Position numbers and translations under genes: made by a program. From positions 153,636,001 through 153,700,000 of the forward strand of contig NC_043000.1 of NCBI RefSeq assembly GCF_006345805.1: 64,000 nt of DNA, given 5' to 3'. Shown here piece by piece: positions 51,375 through 64,000 of the stretch. The notes under the pieces were generated by a model. That model was not told where the DNA came from, searched no databases, and saw nothing but the letters and a program-made list of their open reading frames with translations. The DNA is from Octopus sinensis (lineage: Eukaryota). Position 1 is the first letter of the stretch; each line of letters opens with the position of its first letter.

Positions 51375-51790
51375 GGGCGCAGGAGTGGCTGTGTGGTAAG
51401 TAGCTTGCTAACCAACCACATGGTTCTGGGTTCAGTCCCACTGCGTGGTATTTTGGGCAAGTGTCTTCTGCTATAGCCCCGGGCCGACCAATGCCTTGTG
51501 AGTGGATTTGGTAGACGGAAACTGAAAGAAGCCTGTCGTATATATGTATATATATATATATGTGTGTGTGTGTGTTTGTGTGTCTGTGTTTGTCCCCCTA
51601 GCATTGCTTGACAACCGATGCTGGGGTGTTTACGTCCCCGCCACTTAGCGGTTCGGCAAAAGAGACCGATAGAATAAGTACTGGGCTTACAAAAGAATAA
51701 GTCCCGGGGTCGATTTGCTCGACTAAAGGCGGTGCTCCAGCATGGCTGCAGTCAAATGACTGAAACAAGTAAAAGAGTAAAAGAGAGAGA
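51375..51790 (+). mobile_element. SINE-A, full length
   Basis: Consensus match. Confidence 0.92.
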
Positions 51791-52656
51791 GTATCTCCAA
51801 TCCATTTCTTTCGTAAATCCCACGGGGAATGCAATAGCCTGGACAATCTAGGAGTCACAGTGTATGTGTTTTTTTGGGGGGTTATTTTTGTGTGTGCTCG
51901 CGCACGCGCGTGTGTGATTATCTAGTCTATTCAGATGAATATTCACAACTAGAATAGTTTATCGCAATAGAAATGAACTCATGAACTTTTAGCCTTTTCC
52001 TCAATTGCATGCATAATCGTTGAATCTTTGTTTTCTTTATATAAATCAGAATAAATCAAAATATTTGTCCTTTGTTTTACATTAATTACTGGGACGTATT
52101 TTATATTGAAACAATAAAACACGATTTCTTTTGATATGTTCTAAGTTTCAACTGTGATAGGGATGGGCAATAATTCATTTTTATTGACCAACATCGAAAA
52201 CGTTTTTTCTGTATAATTAACTGAGAGAAAGTCGTTCTGGCGGACCCTAGCTGTCTCCAAGCTACTGACTGTCACACATGACAGAATTAAGTGGGTCAAC
52301 AGCTTTTTAATGATGTCAGATGAAGAGTCGCACTCATGACGTTTTTTCAGAGCTATGTGGCTAGAGAGAGGAGGGAGCAGTTTATCTTCACGAATACTTG
52401 CATGAGAATTGCTTCCACTAAATGAACCCATGGGCCATGCTGTGGGGTTAAACCTGGCTATGTATTAAATCTGCTACTCAAAAATAAGGACGTCGTTCCA
52501 ACGTTCTTCGACACAAATTCTCTCCATCAAATTTCACTCCCAGGGCTTTGGATGCCCTGAGGCTATAATAAAAAAAATACTTACACAAGGTGTAGTACAA
52601 TGAAATCGAACCCGAAGAAACGGTAGATATTTTTTTAAAGTCCCAGGCGAAATTCG

Positions 52657-52722
52657 ATATGCTAGTATCATTCAAAATTTAGTGACAAGGCGTATCATTG
52701 TATGAGACCATGTTCCTTTGAA
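52657..52722 (+). pseudogene. Gypsy gag zinc-knuckle remnant
   Basis: IC*YHSKFSDKAYHCMRPCSF; inverted homolog at about 53800-53860. Confidence 0.6.
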
Positions 52723-53041
52723 AAAATATTACAACCATTTATTGATGCTGAAAAGTCATGGATATGAGGAAATGGGTATTTATTAGGCTGTGTTTTGGCA
52801 TTAAGCTGGCGAATATCACCACAAAAACGTTAATCAGTCTTATTTTTTTAAACCAAAACTAAAGGTGAAGGCCAATTATTATTAGAAGGATGAATTCTTC
52901 CGATGTTCAACATGTGACGAAATTCGGTCTTAGCAGTCTTTAATTTTTCGATAGATAGCCTACGCGGTGTAGAGAAACTGGATTATCTATGAGTTATAAT
53001 ATAGTGAGTGACTGAATGAACAGATTTGGTGTTTGGAGCTA

Positions 53042-53276
53042 AAGGCGGCGAGCTGGCAGAAACGTTAGCACGCCGGGCTAAATGCTTAACGGTATTTCGT
53101 CTGCCGTTACGTTGTGAGTTCAAATTCCGCCGAGGTCGACTTTGCCTTTCATCCTTTCGGGGTCGATAAATTAAGTACCAGTTACGCACTGGGGTCGATG
53201 TAATCGACTTAATACCTATGCCTGTTCTTGTTTGTCCCCTCTGTGTTTAGCCCCTTGTTGGTAATAAAGAAATAGG
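53042..53276 (+). mobile_element. SINE-B, full length
   Basis: Consensus match. Confidence 0.9.
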
Positions 53277-53504
53277 TTTCTTAATTTCTTAATAGTTTTT
53301 CAAAATCCTGTGGTAACGATTTTCAGAAGATACCATAAAATACAACGGACTAATGGTCGCGCTCTTGCATTTCATACTTTAATGTTCAACGAGGTAATTG
53401 AGTCTATGAATTTTTTTGCTTTTTAACGTCGACCAATAAATTGTAATGTGAAAGAAAACCTGTTCCTAATATAGAATAAGGTAAATCTGCTACTATGAAA
53501 ATCC

Positions 53505-53960
53505 ATTTATATTATTCTCTTCTTAAATGTAAGTTGTGGGTCAAGCTAATTTTTCCAAATGTTTTGATGTCAGACTGGTTAACTGTCTGTAGTGTTAATT
53601 GAGCAGGTTTCGGTTTTTCTGTCAAAAATTTACTAGACCAAATAGAACAAGCCGCCTCTGTATCAACCAAGAAACTTTGCTTCGAGTTGGAACCAAATAT
53701 GAAGAATACGCCACTTTTCGAAAGATGAGCCACAGATTTCCTCACGTCTAATTTGTGATTGAAGTGTTTTCCAGCCTTTTCTTATTTAAAAAAAAATTGA
53801 AGGATGCACCTTGGCACCGAATTTTGAATGATACCAGTATATCGAATTTTTCCTGGGATCCTTTACTACTATTACATTTTTTCTCTTCAACGTTCCTTTC
53901 TTGCATCAACCTTGATATATTATTAAGTATTTCTGTTAAAATTATTTTCCTGCTCAATAA
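53505..53960 (-). pseudogene. Gypsy LTR-retrotransposon gag-protease remnant
   Basis: WYHSKFGAK, then FLVDTEAACSI...L.TVNQSDIKTFGKISLT.NL.LRR (decayed DTGA aspartic protease motif). Confidence 0.75.
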
Positions 53961-54222
53961 AACTGTCTTTAATTTTTAATATTAAACTTGATGTATTACT
54001 TTTCACGTTCGGAGGTCACCAGTTATAATGGTTGATGTCGGCTTATATATGTTGGGTTATCAATTATTTTGTTGCAAGGCGTAGACAGAACGCCAGAAGT
54101 AATATACACTCGCTAAGGTATTCAGCATGCATGATGAAGATACCGACATTTCACCAGCATCACTGTTATAAGACAGTTCAAACAGGATAAGAAAATGTGT
54201 TTTTTGTAACAAGATGAAGATA

Positions 54223-54639
54223 TACTCTTTTTTACTCTTTTTACTTGTTTCAATCATTTGACTGTGGCCATGCTGGAGCACCGCCTTTAATCAAGCAACT
54301 CGACCCCGGGACTTATTCTTTGTAAGCCCAGTACTTACTCTATCGGTCTCTTTTGCCGAACCGCTAAGTTACGGGGACGTAAACACACCAGCATCGGTTG
54401 TCAGGCAATGCTAGGGGGACAAACACAGACACACAAACATACACACACACACTTATATATATATATACATATATACGACAGGCTTCTTTCAGTTTCCGTC
54501 TACCAAATCCACTCACAAGGCATTGGTCGGCCCGGGGCTATAGCAGAAGACACTTGCCCAAGATGCCACGCAGTGGGACTGAACCCGGAACCATGTGGTT
54601 GGTTAGCAAGCTACTTACCACACAGCCACTCCTGCGCCT
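54223..54639 (-). mobile_element. SINE-A, full length
   Basis: Reverse complement of the consensus. Confidence 0.92.
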
Positions 54640-56608
54640 ATCTGTGGAAGTGAAATTAAGAAGTCATGTTTATCTTGAGAATAATGTCATTTCGTTTCTT
54701 CATACTGGGTTGACAGTATACTCTCGTTGACAAAGGCTTCATAAATTGAATGCTAATAAATCTTTAGCTAATTCAATTTCCTTATGAATGTTCGTACAGA
54801 TAAATATCAAGAGAAGGAGGACTGGATTTAACATTAATCAGTTATTTACAGAAAGTCAAAATATATAAAACGAATTTATCACAACATAATAGTAATAGGA
54901 AAAATTGTGGTACTTAGCATAAAATGAGTCTGTTGCTAGAATAACGACAGGGAAAATTTTCAAAACTAGTTCCTCAAAACTACTCTAAAAAGATTCAGAA
55001 AGCATAACATAAGGTCATGAAGGATGAATACTGCAAAATAGCATTGCCAGAATGAGTGACAAGATCCTGTGTGGGAAACCTAGTGTCACTGAATAATTTT
55101 CCCAAAATCAGAGCTTTTATAACTGCCGTAAAACCGATTCTAAGAACCTTTCTTCATGGAAAAAATTTTTCACGAATATTTGAATCGACGTATGGACAGT
55201 CAAATCGACTAATGAAAATGCGTAAGACATTTATAAACAAAAGACAGCCGACAGGACGTCATGATGCTGCTAAAGTCTTATAACCGCTACAAAACGTAGT
55301 TGTGAAGTAGACTTCTTAACGACTCAGTGCTTGGTGGGAACTTTCAGCTCACGGTGTTTGTAAGCATTGTAAATCGTTGAAAGTTTTGGCATATTGTTGT
55401 TGATCAAGAACACATAGGTTCGGGAAAGTGAACTGCGGTGGGAAAGGTGAACTGCATTTCGGCAACGTAACCTGCACAGCTCCATGAAATACGTTGGCTG
55501 AATTATACACTGCTTTCAAAATGACTGGCCAATCCTGCTAAAGCATCATTCACTTTTTCATTCTACTGCTTCAAATATATTGCGACTTATTGAACACGTT
55601 AAGTTCCAAATATGGGCACTGTTTTATTCATTTTTTATTTCTTGGTGCACTGACAAGTATCAAAGCCTTTAGTTGGTCAGTGATGAGGATACTTGAAAAC
55701 AGAAAGTAAATATCAAGAGTGTGCGCTTAATAAATAATATATATTCTCTCTAGACATATACCCTAAAGGATTACGTACTAATATATTTACGAAAAATTAT
55801 ACTTATGAAATGCGAGCTTTACAAATAGTAGAAATAGGAACCTATTTCAACGTTAGTAGATTTTTTAAAGGCATATATTCGCTGAAAAGGAATGTCTGCA
55901 GTTTAAAACCAAAAGTGTATGATGCCAGACTCAGCTCTTCTGGGATTTATTCTTACTGTATAAGTTTTTAGTTCACACTAAAATGAAAGTTACTGAAGTT
56001 TTACAATGAAGGAAAGCAACGGCGGGACGTTTGACATTCGAGGCGATAGAAAAGTGGACAATTAGCATTGGGTTGACAATTCTCATCCAGTTAAAAGCGT
56101 TCAATTGCGTCCATAGTTAAAACATTTAGCTCTCAACAGTACAATCTACGAACCGGCAATTAGTTGGCGCGAGTGGTATGATTCTTTGATGTAACATTAG
56201 TAACTCTGAGTAATTGATGAATAATTTACTGGCTTGAAGTGTTGGTTCAACTCATCCCGCAGAGCAAGCTGTATGTGATTACACAAGAAAATAACTAATA
56301 AACGCTGATAAACACTTTTTCAATGAGCCCTGGAGATTTGGAGCGTATTAAAAGGCGTGTGTGAGGAAATTATATTGTGTAACATACATGCTTTTATTTA
56401 AAACATTAATGAGATTAATGAACTGAAATGGCAATTACAGAAGTTATAACGGCTCTCTCATTCTGGATAGCAAAATTGCCTATTAAAATACTTTTGTTGC
56501 GTTTATACATGCGCCAGAATCATTAGTAACGCAAAGCAAAATAGTATTCTTAGCAGTCAAACCAGAGTCAATGGTCAACCGCCTAGAAAGGCATCTGTGT
56601 GTTTGTGT

Positions 56609-56650
<42 letters not shown>

Positions 56651-56679
56651 GTTTGTGTGTGTGTATGCATGCATGTATG

Positions 56680-56711
<32 letters not shown>

Positions 56712-56753
56712 CAAACAGGCATACATACATATAAACATATATATAAATGGGTG

Positions 56754-56787
<34 letters not shown>

Positions 56788-57405
56788 CACATATATATAT
56801 ATATGCACACATATTTGAATATGTATATATGTATTTATGCATAAATGTATAAACATTACGCATATACACAACGCACTAAAAGAATGGTCCTTATTCTTTT
56901 GACCTTAGGGTGAAAGTCAACGTCAACTTTAGCAGGATGTGAACTCAGACGCCATTGGCATTTCAGTACACATTTAGTTTGCCACCTCTCATTTCTTTCA
57001 CTTCATCACCTTGTTTTTTTGACGTTTATACATAAGGTTCCCAAGGTACTCATTTGAAGTCACATGGATCCCAAGAGTTCTGTACTAATCTTCCATTTCC
57101 GTAGACCCACATAGACATAAAGAAACCTATCACCGGATAAGACGTTGCGTTTTCTCCCTCAAATCTTGCTGTAATATTCCAGTGCTTGCCTGTGCTTGGG
57201 CCAATGGGAATTAGTGAATAAGTGAAATGAATTTACAGTAAACGGAGATCGAAGTCTTTTTGTAGTTTTCATTCGCCAGCAACCAACGGCATACACCACC
57301 CGAACTATTATTAAAATGTGAACAAATGAGTGTGGAGACTCGGAGTGAACCACAGCAGCGTTACGATATCGATTCCAGCTTTAAGCTGTCTCATATTGGA
57401 TTGGA

Positions 57406-57787
57406 AGCACTCCGTCGGTTACGACGATGAGGGTTCCGGTTGATCCGAATCAACGGAACAGCCTGCTCGTGAAATTAACGTGTAAGTGGCTGAGCACTCC
57501 ACAGACACGTGCACACTTAACGTAGTTCTCGGGGATATTCAGCGTGACACAGAGAGTGACAAAGCCGGCCCCTTGAAATACAGGTACAACAGAAACAGGA
57601 AGTAAGAGTGAGAGAAAGTTGTGGTGAAAGAGTACAGTAGGGATCACCACCATCCCCTGCCGGAGCCTCGTGGAGCTTTTAGGTGTTTTCGCTCAATAAA
57701 CTCTCACAACGCCCGGTCTGGGAATCGAAACCGCGATTCTATGACCGCGAGTCCGCTGCCCTAACCACTGGGCCATTGCGCCTCCAC
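57406..57787 (-). mobile_element. SINE-E head plus body plus SINE-D-type tail
   Basis: Minus strand TGGCCCAGTGG A-box and GGTTTCGATTCC B-box; 3' part shared with 956-1140. Confidence 0.8.
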
Positions 57788-58235
57788 TTGTCTCATATTA
57801 CTTACTTCGCTAATACGCTTCAGAAACGGATAAAATCAATGTATCTTCGTGTATGTGTAAAAGCCTGCATGTATATTGAGTGGGTGCTTCAAACCAGTTT
57901 AGATGCATTGCCGCTATGACTATGATTGCTATATACCATTTTTCAGGACTATAAACATTGGTTCGAGATTTAAAAGTGTGCATTCTCTTGTAGGTAGGCG
58001 CACCAGGTCTCCGATTAAAGGATGCCTTCCTACCAGTCTCGGAGACTTTACAAAGTTTCATGAGCACTGACTTTCAGCTTTGATAAAAGTATCTACAAAA
58101 TGAAAAAAAAAAGATTATACTTGTGTGACTCTATTTCGATCTCACCCATCTACTCGGTGCATGCTTGTGTATATATAAATGGAAGTGTTATGTGTGCGTG
58201 TGTGAGTGTGGTGTGTGCGAGTGTGTGTGTGTGGC

Positions 58236-58266
<31 letters not shown>

Positions 58267-58272
58267 ATATAT

Positions 58273-58435
58273 AGGCGTAAGAATGGCTGTGTGGTAAGTA
58301 GCTTGCTTACCAACCACATGGATCTGGGTTCAGTCCCACTGTGTGGCACCTTGGGCAAGTGTCTTCTACTATAGCCTCGGGCCGACCAAAGCCTCGTGAG
58401 TGGATTTGGTAGACGGAAACTGAAAGAAGCCCGTC

Positions 58436-58517
<82 letters not shown>

Positions 58518-58699
58518 TCGTCTGTATTTGTCCCCAACATCGTTTGACAATCGATGCTGGTGTGTTTATGTCCCCGTAACTTAGCGGTTCGGCAAAAGAG
58601 ACGATAGAATAAGTCCTGGGGTCGATTTGCTCGACTAAAGGCGGTGCTCCAGCATGGCCACAGTCAAATGACTGAAACAAGTAAAAGGGTAAAAGAGTA
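58273..58699 (+). mobile_element. SINE-A, full length
   Basis: Consensus match with a small internal deletion. Confidence 0.9.
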
Positions 58700-59050
58700 T
58701 ATTATCGCTTATCTTACACTTGCTTCAGTCATTTGGCTGTGGCCATGCTAGGGCATCACTTCGGTGGAATCGAGTAACCACCCAGCCTCTAGTGCTTCTC
58801 CTTTAAAATTTGGTACGTATTAAAACCGCTGTTAAGCGGTGATGGGAACAAAGTCAGACCCAAAGTTGCACGTACGCGCGTGCGCACACACACACAGCAT
58901 TAAGTATATATTTAATGGCTTTCTCTTAATTCCCGTCTACCAAATTCACTCACAAGATTTTAGTCACCAAGGCTATAGTACAAGACACTTTTCAGAGGTG
59001 ATATGGAGTGGAAGTGAGGCTGAACCCGGAACTTTGTGGCTGGGAAACAA

Positions 59051-61938
59051 GATATGTTTCTTTATTAGCCACACAGGGCTGCACACAGATAGAACAAATT
59101 ACAAGGTAGAGCTTTTCTTTTGAAGGTTTAATAAAAAAAAAAAAAAAAATAATAATAATAATAAAATAACAAATAAAATAAAAAAAGGGGGGTCGATCAA
59201 AAGGGATCGTAAAAGGAGAGAAAGAGGACAAAAAAAAAGGGGGGGGGTTAAGAAAAAAGGGGGAGAGGAAAAAAAATTGATCAATAGGGATCGTTATCAC
59301 AGAAATGTCAATATGAAGTGTAAAGGGGAGGACAGGTGAGGTTTACCCGTGGAAAGAAAAGCCTACGGAAAAGACCACGGTAACCTCGGTCAATGAAGTC
59401 ACATGTTATATTTCTTTTTTTTTTTTTTTTTGCAAATAAGCAACTCTCTGTATTAATTTTTACGGTTCATAGAATCATAGTCAAGGTGGCTTCGTCATTC
59501 ATACGTGCCATCCTTGCTACATTCACCCATCTTTTTTTAAAACATTCACTAGACAAAACTTGCCTCTCTACTCTCACTTTTTTCTTCAAGTGATACTTGA
59601 AGAAGTTGATGAGAGATTGACCAGAGAGGAAAGTGTTTGTCTCTAATCCTTTCAGACGCGTCCACCAGATACATTCTTTCGCCATAGCCACAAGTATGAT
59701 AAAAATAGCTCTTCCCCCGTTTGAAGGAAGGAGGCGTGACGATATTAACGATAGACTCGGCTGATAAACCGACACGTCCCACACGTGACAGCAGTCGTTC
59801 GACATAAGCCCACAGGTGGGAAATTGCTGGACACTGCACGATTGCGTGCAGAGCGGTTTCGTCGTCGCTCTGCCCGCATCTCGGGCAGGTCGGCCCCGTG
59901 TTTCTCGAGCCATGCCTATAGAGCTTATCCCGAACGGGTAGCGCTTCTCGGTAGCACCGCCAGGCCAGGGATCTCTGGAAGTTGTCCATAGGTCCCGGCC
60001 GAAAGTCGTTTGAAACAGGCGGGTCAGGTATTCCTCGTCGACGCCCAGGTTTGCCCCGAGCTCGTCGTCGTACCTCCCCCCACTAATCCCCTATAGAATG
60101 CTTTGGTTGTGTTGAAGTCACTCAAGGTCGACCCGGGACGGCAGAGTTGCTTGAGAGCAACGCGACACTCGCGGTGCCATTCGCCCTTCTTCGGCCTCTT
60201 TTTGATCCACGACTGTAGTTCGGTCATGGAGACGAGTTGCGGGAATGCGTGCCTCACAAACGGCGACCACACCTGTTCACCGTCGTCTACATAGAGCCGG
60301 AGATGTCGCAGTCTCAGCGCGTGTCTGCGCATCATCAACCACGGCATGCCAGCCCTCCTTTGAACGGGTGTTGACAGCAAATGGATCGCCTGACCATCGG
60401 GACGCATCCTTTCCACAAGAAGCGGAAGAGGATGCGTTCTAGTTTGGTGATGGTAGGGTCGGGACAAGGTACGACGGTCAGGCGGTAGTAGATGATGGAC
60501 GCGATGTACGCGTTCACCACCTCCGCCCGACCTTTTAGGGACAGTTTCCTCTCTCGGCCCATGCTGGGCGAGAGTGACCACCCGACTCGTTATCTCGTTC
60601 CAGTTCTTCTCCATTTGGAGGTCCGGACCGAACCAGACCCCGAGCAACTCAACCGGGCCGTCTGTATGCAGACACGCTCGTCCCGCATCCTAATTCTCGC
60701 GGGATGCCCCTCAGAGTCGCCAGCTTCCGCAGTAGTGGCTCAAGAGTCAATACGTATAGAAGCGCCGAGAGGGGGCATCCCTGACGGACCGAACGTGCAA
60801 TGTCGAAGGGTCTCGATAGATGTCCATTTACGGCAATTACCGAACGGATGCCCCTGTACAAGGCAGCTATCCAGCCGCGGAAGACGGACCGAAACCAGCC
60901 GCTCTTAGGACTGCCTCCAAGTATCGATGGTCTACCCTATCAAAGGCTTTCGATTGATCCAAGTTGATCAGGGCCCCACCCCTGCCAGGTTCGTTAACTA
61001 CCCTGTCTATGATGTAGCGCATCAGATGGAGGTTGTCATGGATGCTCCGGCCCGGCACGGCGCACGTTTGTGCGTTGTCGACCAGTTTCTCCATGACAAG
61101 CGCCAACCTCTTGGCTAACACCTTTGTCAAAATTTTCAGGTCTGCATTGAGCAGAGTGATTGGCCTAAAGTTATCTATAATGTTTCCCTTGTTTGGATCT
61201 TTCTTCAGCAGAGCTACAGCTCCTCGACTCACAAAACCGGGTATGCTCCCGTTTTGCTGCCAGTTGTAGTATACCGCTGCCAAGACGTCTCCAAACAAGT
61301 CTGGCATACAATAGTAAAATTCGTAGGGTAGACCATCCAAACCCGTGATTTGTCCTCGAGCATTCTGCCATCGCTTCCCGCACTTCCGCCGCCGTGATGG
61401 CACCTTCGCAGCACCCTGCCTTCTTGTCGAGAGTCGTGGCAGGCTATGTAGGTAGGCACTGAAGTCTACTTACGTTCTTGCCCTCCACTCGTCCCGAACA
61501 GTCGGGCAAAATGCTGCTGAAAGGCCTCACACATTTTACTTGGCTCGAGCATTCGCGCCCCTGTTCATCTACCAGTGACCGAATGGTGGCTTTGTTGCCC
61601 TGTTGCGCCTCTGCCACCCGGGCCTCTCTCGCGGCTCAAACACCTTCGTTCCTTAGAGCACGCATCCTAGCTCTGACAGCACATCCTTCGTGTTTGGCGT
61701 TGAAGTGTTGGTCGAGGCCAACCTCGCCGCCAAAACGTCGGATGCGATGCCGCTTTTAATTGCCTCTTCTAGCTTCTTAACTAGCTCACCCTCTACTCTA
61801 TTTCTACTATGGCTAGTGCTTGCTGTACGTAATCGCTTCTGCTTTTACTGCTCTCTTGAGGGCAAACCACCATTTGTTGTTGATGATGGCTCCCGTCAAA
61901 GCCCTCTTACTAGTGTGCTAATCCGGTCTCTGAAAACT
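59051..61938 (-). mobile_element. Tx1/L1-clade LINE, 5' truncated, frameshifted, with the YADD region deleted
   Basis: DGLPYEFY, FRPITLLNADLKIL, LDQSKAFDRV, VRQGCPLS, CPRCGQS.ET..H...C; the AATAAA-containing 3' end abuts a diverged SINE-A. Confidence 0.92.
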
Positions 61939-62031
61939 TAGATAGATAGATAGATAGAGATAGATAGATGATAGATAGATAGATAGATGATAGATAGATA
62001 GATAGATGATGGATGGATGGATGGATGGATG

Positions 62032-62101
<70 letters not shown>

Positions 62102-62118
62102 CAGATAGATGATAGATG

Positions 62119-62154
<36 letters not shown>

Positions 62155-62197
62155 TGGATGGATGGATGGATGATATGGATTAGATAATAGATAGATT

Positions 62198-62232
<35 letters not shown>

Positions 62233-62252
62233 GGATAGATAGATAGATAGAT
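61939..62252. repeat. (GATA)n/(GATG)n array between two Tx1 copies
   Basis: Directly visible; contiguous with the 3' end of copy 2. Confidence 0.95.
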
Positions 62253-64000
62253 ATGTTTCTTTATTAGCCACACAGGGCTGCACACAGATAGAACAAATTA
62301 CAAGGTAGAGCTTTTCTTTTGAAGGTTTAAAAAAAAAAAATATAATAATAATAAAATAACAAATAAAATAAAATAAAAAAGGGGAGGTCGATCAAAAGGG
62401 ATCGTAAAAGGAGAGAAGAGGACAAAAAGGGGGGCGGGGGTTAAAAAAAAAGGGGAGAGGAAAAAAATTGATCAATAGGGATCGTTATCACAGAAATGTC
62501 AATATGAAGTGTAAGGGGAGGACAGGTGAGGTTTATGAAGTCACATGTTATATTTTTTTTTTTTTTTTTTTGCAAATAAGCAACTCTCTGTATTAAGTTT
62601 TACGGTTCATAGAATCATAGTCAAGGTGGCTTCGTCATTCATACGTGCCATCCTTGCTACATCACCCATCTTTTTTAAAACATTCACTAGACAAAACTTG
62701 CCTCTCTACTCTCACTTTTTTCTTCAAGTGATACTTGAAGAAGTTGATGAGAGATTGACCAGAGAGGAAAGTGTTTGTCTCTAATCCTTTCAGACGCGTC
62801 CACCAGACATTCTTTCGCCATAGCCACAAGTATGATAAAAATAGCTCTTCTTCCCGTTTGAAGGAAGGAGGCGTGACGATATTAACGATAGACTCGGCTG
62901 ATAAACCGACACGTCCCACACGTGACAGCAGTCGTTCGACATAAGCCCACAGGTGGGAAATTGCTGGACACTGCACGATTGCGTGCAGAGCGGTTTCGTC
63001 GCTCTGCCCGCATCTCGGGCAGGTCGGCCCCGTGTTTCTCGAGCCATGCCTATAGAGCTTATCCCGAACGGGTAGCGCTTCTCGGTAGCACCGCCAGGCC
63101 AGGGATCTCTGGAAGTTGTCCATAGGTCCCGGGCCGAAAGTCGTTTGAAACAGGCGGGTCAGGTATTCCTCGTCGACGCCCGGGTTTGCCCCGAGCTCGT
63201 CGTCGTACCTCCCCTCCACTAATCCCCTATAGAATGCTTTGGTTGTGTTGAAGTCACTCAAGGTCGACCCGGGACGGCAGAGTTGCTTGAGAGCAACGCG
63301 ACACTCGCGGTGCCATTCGCCCTTCTTCGGCCTCTTTTTGATCCACGACTGTAGTTCGGTCATGGAGACGAGTTGCGGGAATGCGTGCCTCACAAACGGC
63401 GACCACACCTGTTCACCGTCGTCTACATAGAGCCGGAGATGTCGCAGTCTCAGCGCGTGTCTGCGCATCATCAACCACGGCATGCCCAGCCCTCCTTTGA
63501 ACGGGTGTTGACAGCAAATGGATCGCCTGACCATCGGGACGCATCCTTTCCACAAGAAGCGGAAGAGGATGCGTTCTAGTTTGGTGATGGTAGGGTCGGG
63601 ACAAGGTACGACGGTCAGGCGGTAGTAGATGATGGACGCGATGTACGCGTTCACCACCTCCGCCCGACCTTTTAGGGACAGTTTCCTCTCGGCCCATTGC
63701 TGGGCGAGAGTGACCACCGACTCGTTATCTCGTTCCAGTTCTTCTCCATTTGGAGGTCCGGACCGAACCAGACCCCGAGCAACTCAACCGGGCCGTCTGT
63801 CCAGCGTCCCACGACGGAGGTACTGGTGGACGGCATGGGCTTGCTTCTCCAGGTGCCGAGCCGCAAGCCCACTGACTTTCCCGGTTGATTTTTGCTCCTG
63901 TCACCGCTTCGTAGTCTTTCAGTGTCTCGCCGACCCGCTCGATGTGCTCGTGGCTTGACACTATGACGGTGACGTCGTCCGCGTATGCAGACACGCTCGT
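62250..64000 (-). mobile_element. Tx1/L1-clade LINE copy 2 (continues beyond the window end)
   Basis: SAYADDVTV, the 351-aa ORF at 62662-63717 with a C-terminal zinc finger, and the same 3' UTR as copy 1. Confidence 0.93.
62662..63717 (-). CDS. Tx1/L1 ORF2 C-terminal region (RT thumb and zf-RVT-like zinc finger), frameshifted at both ends
   Basis: W.ERKLSLKGRAEVVN..I.S...Y, LE...FRFLW, GGLG.P, F..LAWR..R.ALP, CPRC...ET..H....C. Confidence 0.85.
   Translation of the reverse strand: MVTLAQQWAERKLSLKGRAEVVNAYIASIIYYRLTVVPCPDPTITKLERILFRFLWKGCVPMVRRSICCQHPFKGGLGMPWLMMRRHALRLRHLRLYVDDGEQVWSPFVRHAFPQLVSMTELQSWIKKRPKKGEWHRECRVALKQLCRPGSTLSDFNTTKAFYRGLVEGRYDDELGANPGVDEEYLTRLFQTTFGPGPMDNFQRSLAWRCYREALPVRDKLYRHGSRNTGPTCPRCGQSDETALHAIVQCPAISHLWAYVERLLSRVGRVGLSAESIVNIVTPPSFKREEELFLSYLWLWRKNVWWTRLKGLETNTFLSGQSLINFFKYHLKKKVRVERQVLSSECFKKDG

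Noticed and set aside
52141-52431. 96-aa non-repetitive minus-strand ORF as a host exon
   Set aside because: I recognise no domain, and its length is within chance expectation; it would need BLAST or RNA-seq support.

Overview
AT-rich, microsatellite-dense eukaryotic DNA made almost entirely of transposable elements. The repeat families look like those of an octopus or other coleoid cephalopod; this is inferred from pattern recognition, not a database search. I cannot support any host protein-coding gene, rRNA, true tRNA gene or CRISPR array, and most listed ORFs are microsatellite or SINE read-throughs. Contents: about 15 copies of a tRNA-derived SINE with an internal (TA)n(TG)n tract (SINE-A), a second tRNA-SINE family (SINE-B, including tandem arrays), other SINEs, remnants of RTE, CR1-like, R4/Dong and Tx1/L1 LINEs, Gypsy gag/protease fragments, mariner/Tc1/hAT/Helitron-like DNA elements, long-TIR foldback elements and Penelope-like (PLE) pieces. 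The main result is a set of minimal type I hammerhead ribozyme (HHR) motifs, folded by hand, in several unrelated short repeat units. One has a complete core (41937-41979, minus strand) and lies in a 358-bp unit with terminal direct repeats and an apparent target-site duplication, i.e. retrozyme-like. A diverged homolog at 51238-51284 shows stem covariation. Another HHR lies in a 466-bp tandem unit, and a decayed one forms the tail of a tRNA-headed SINE. No ribozyme activity has been tested.
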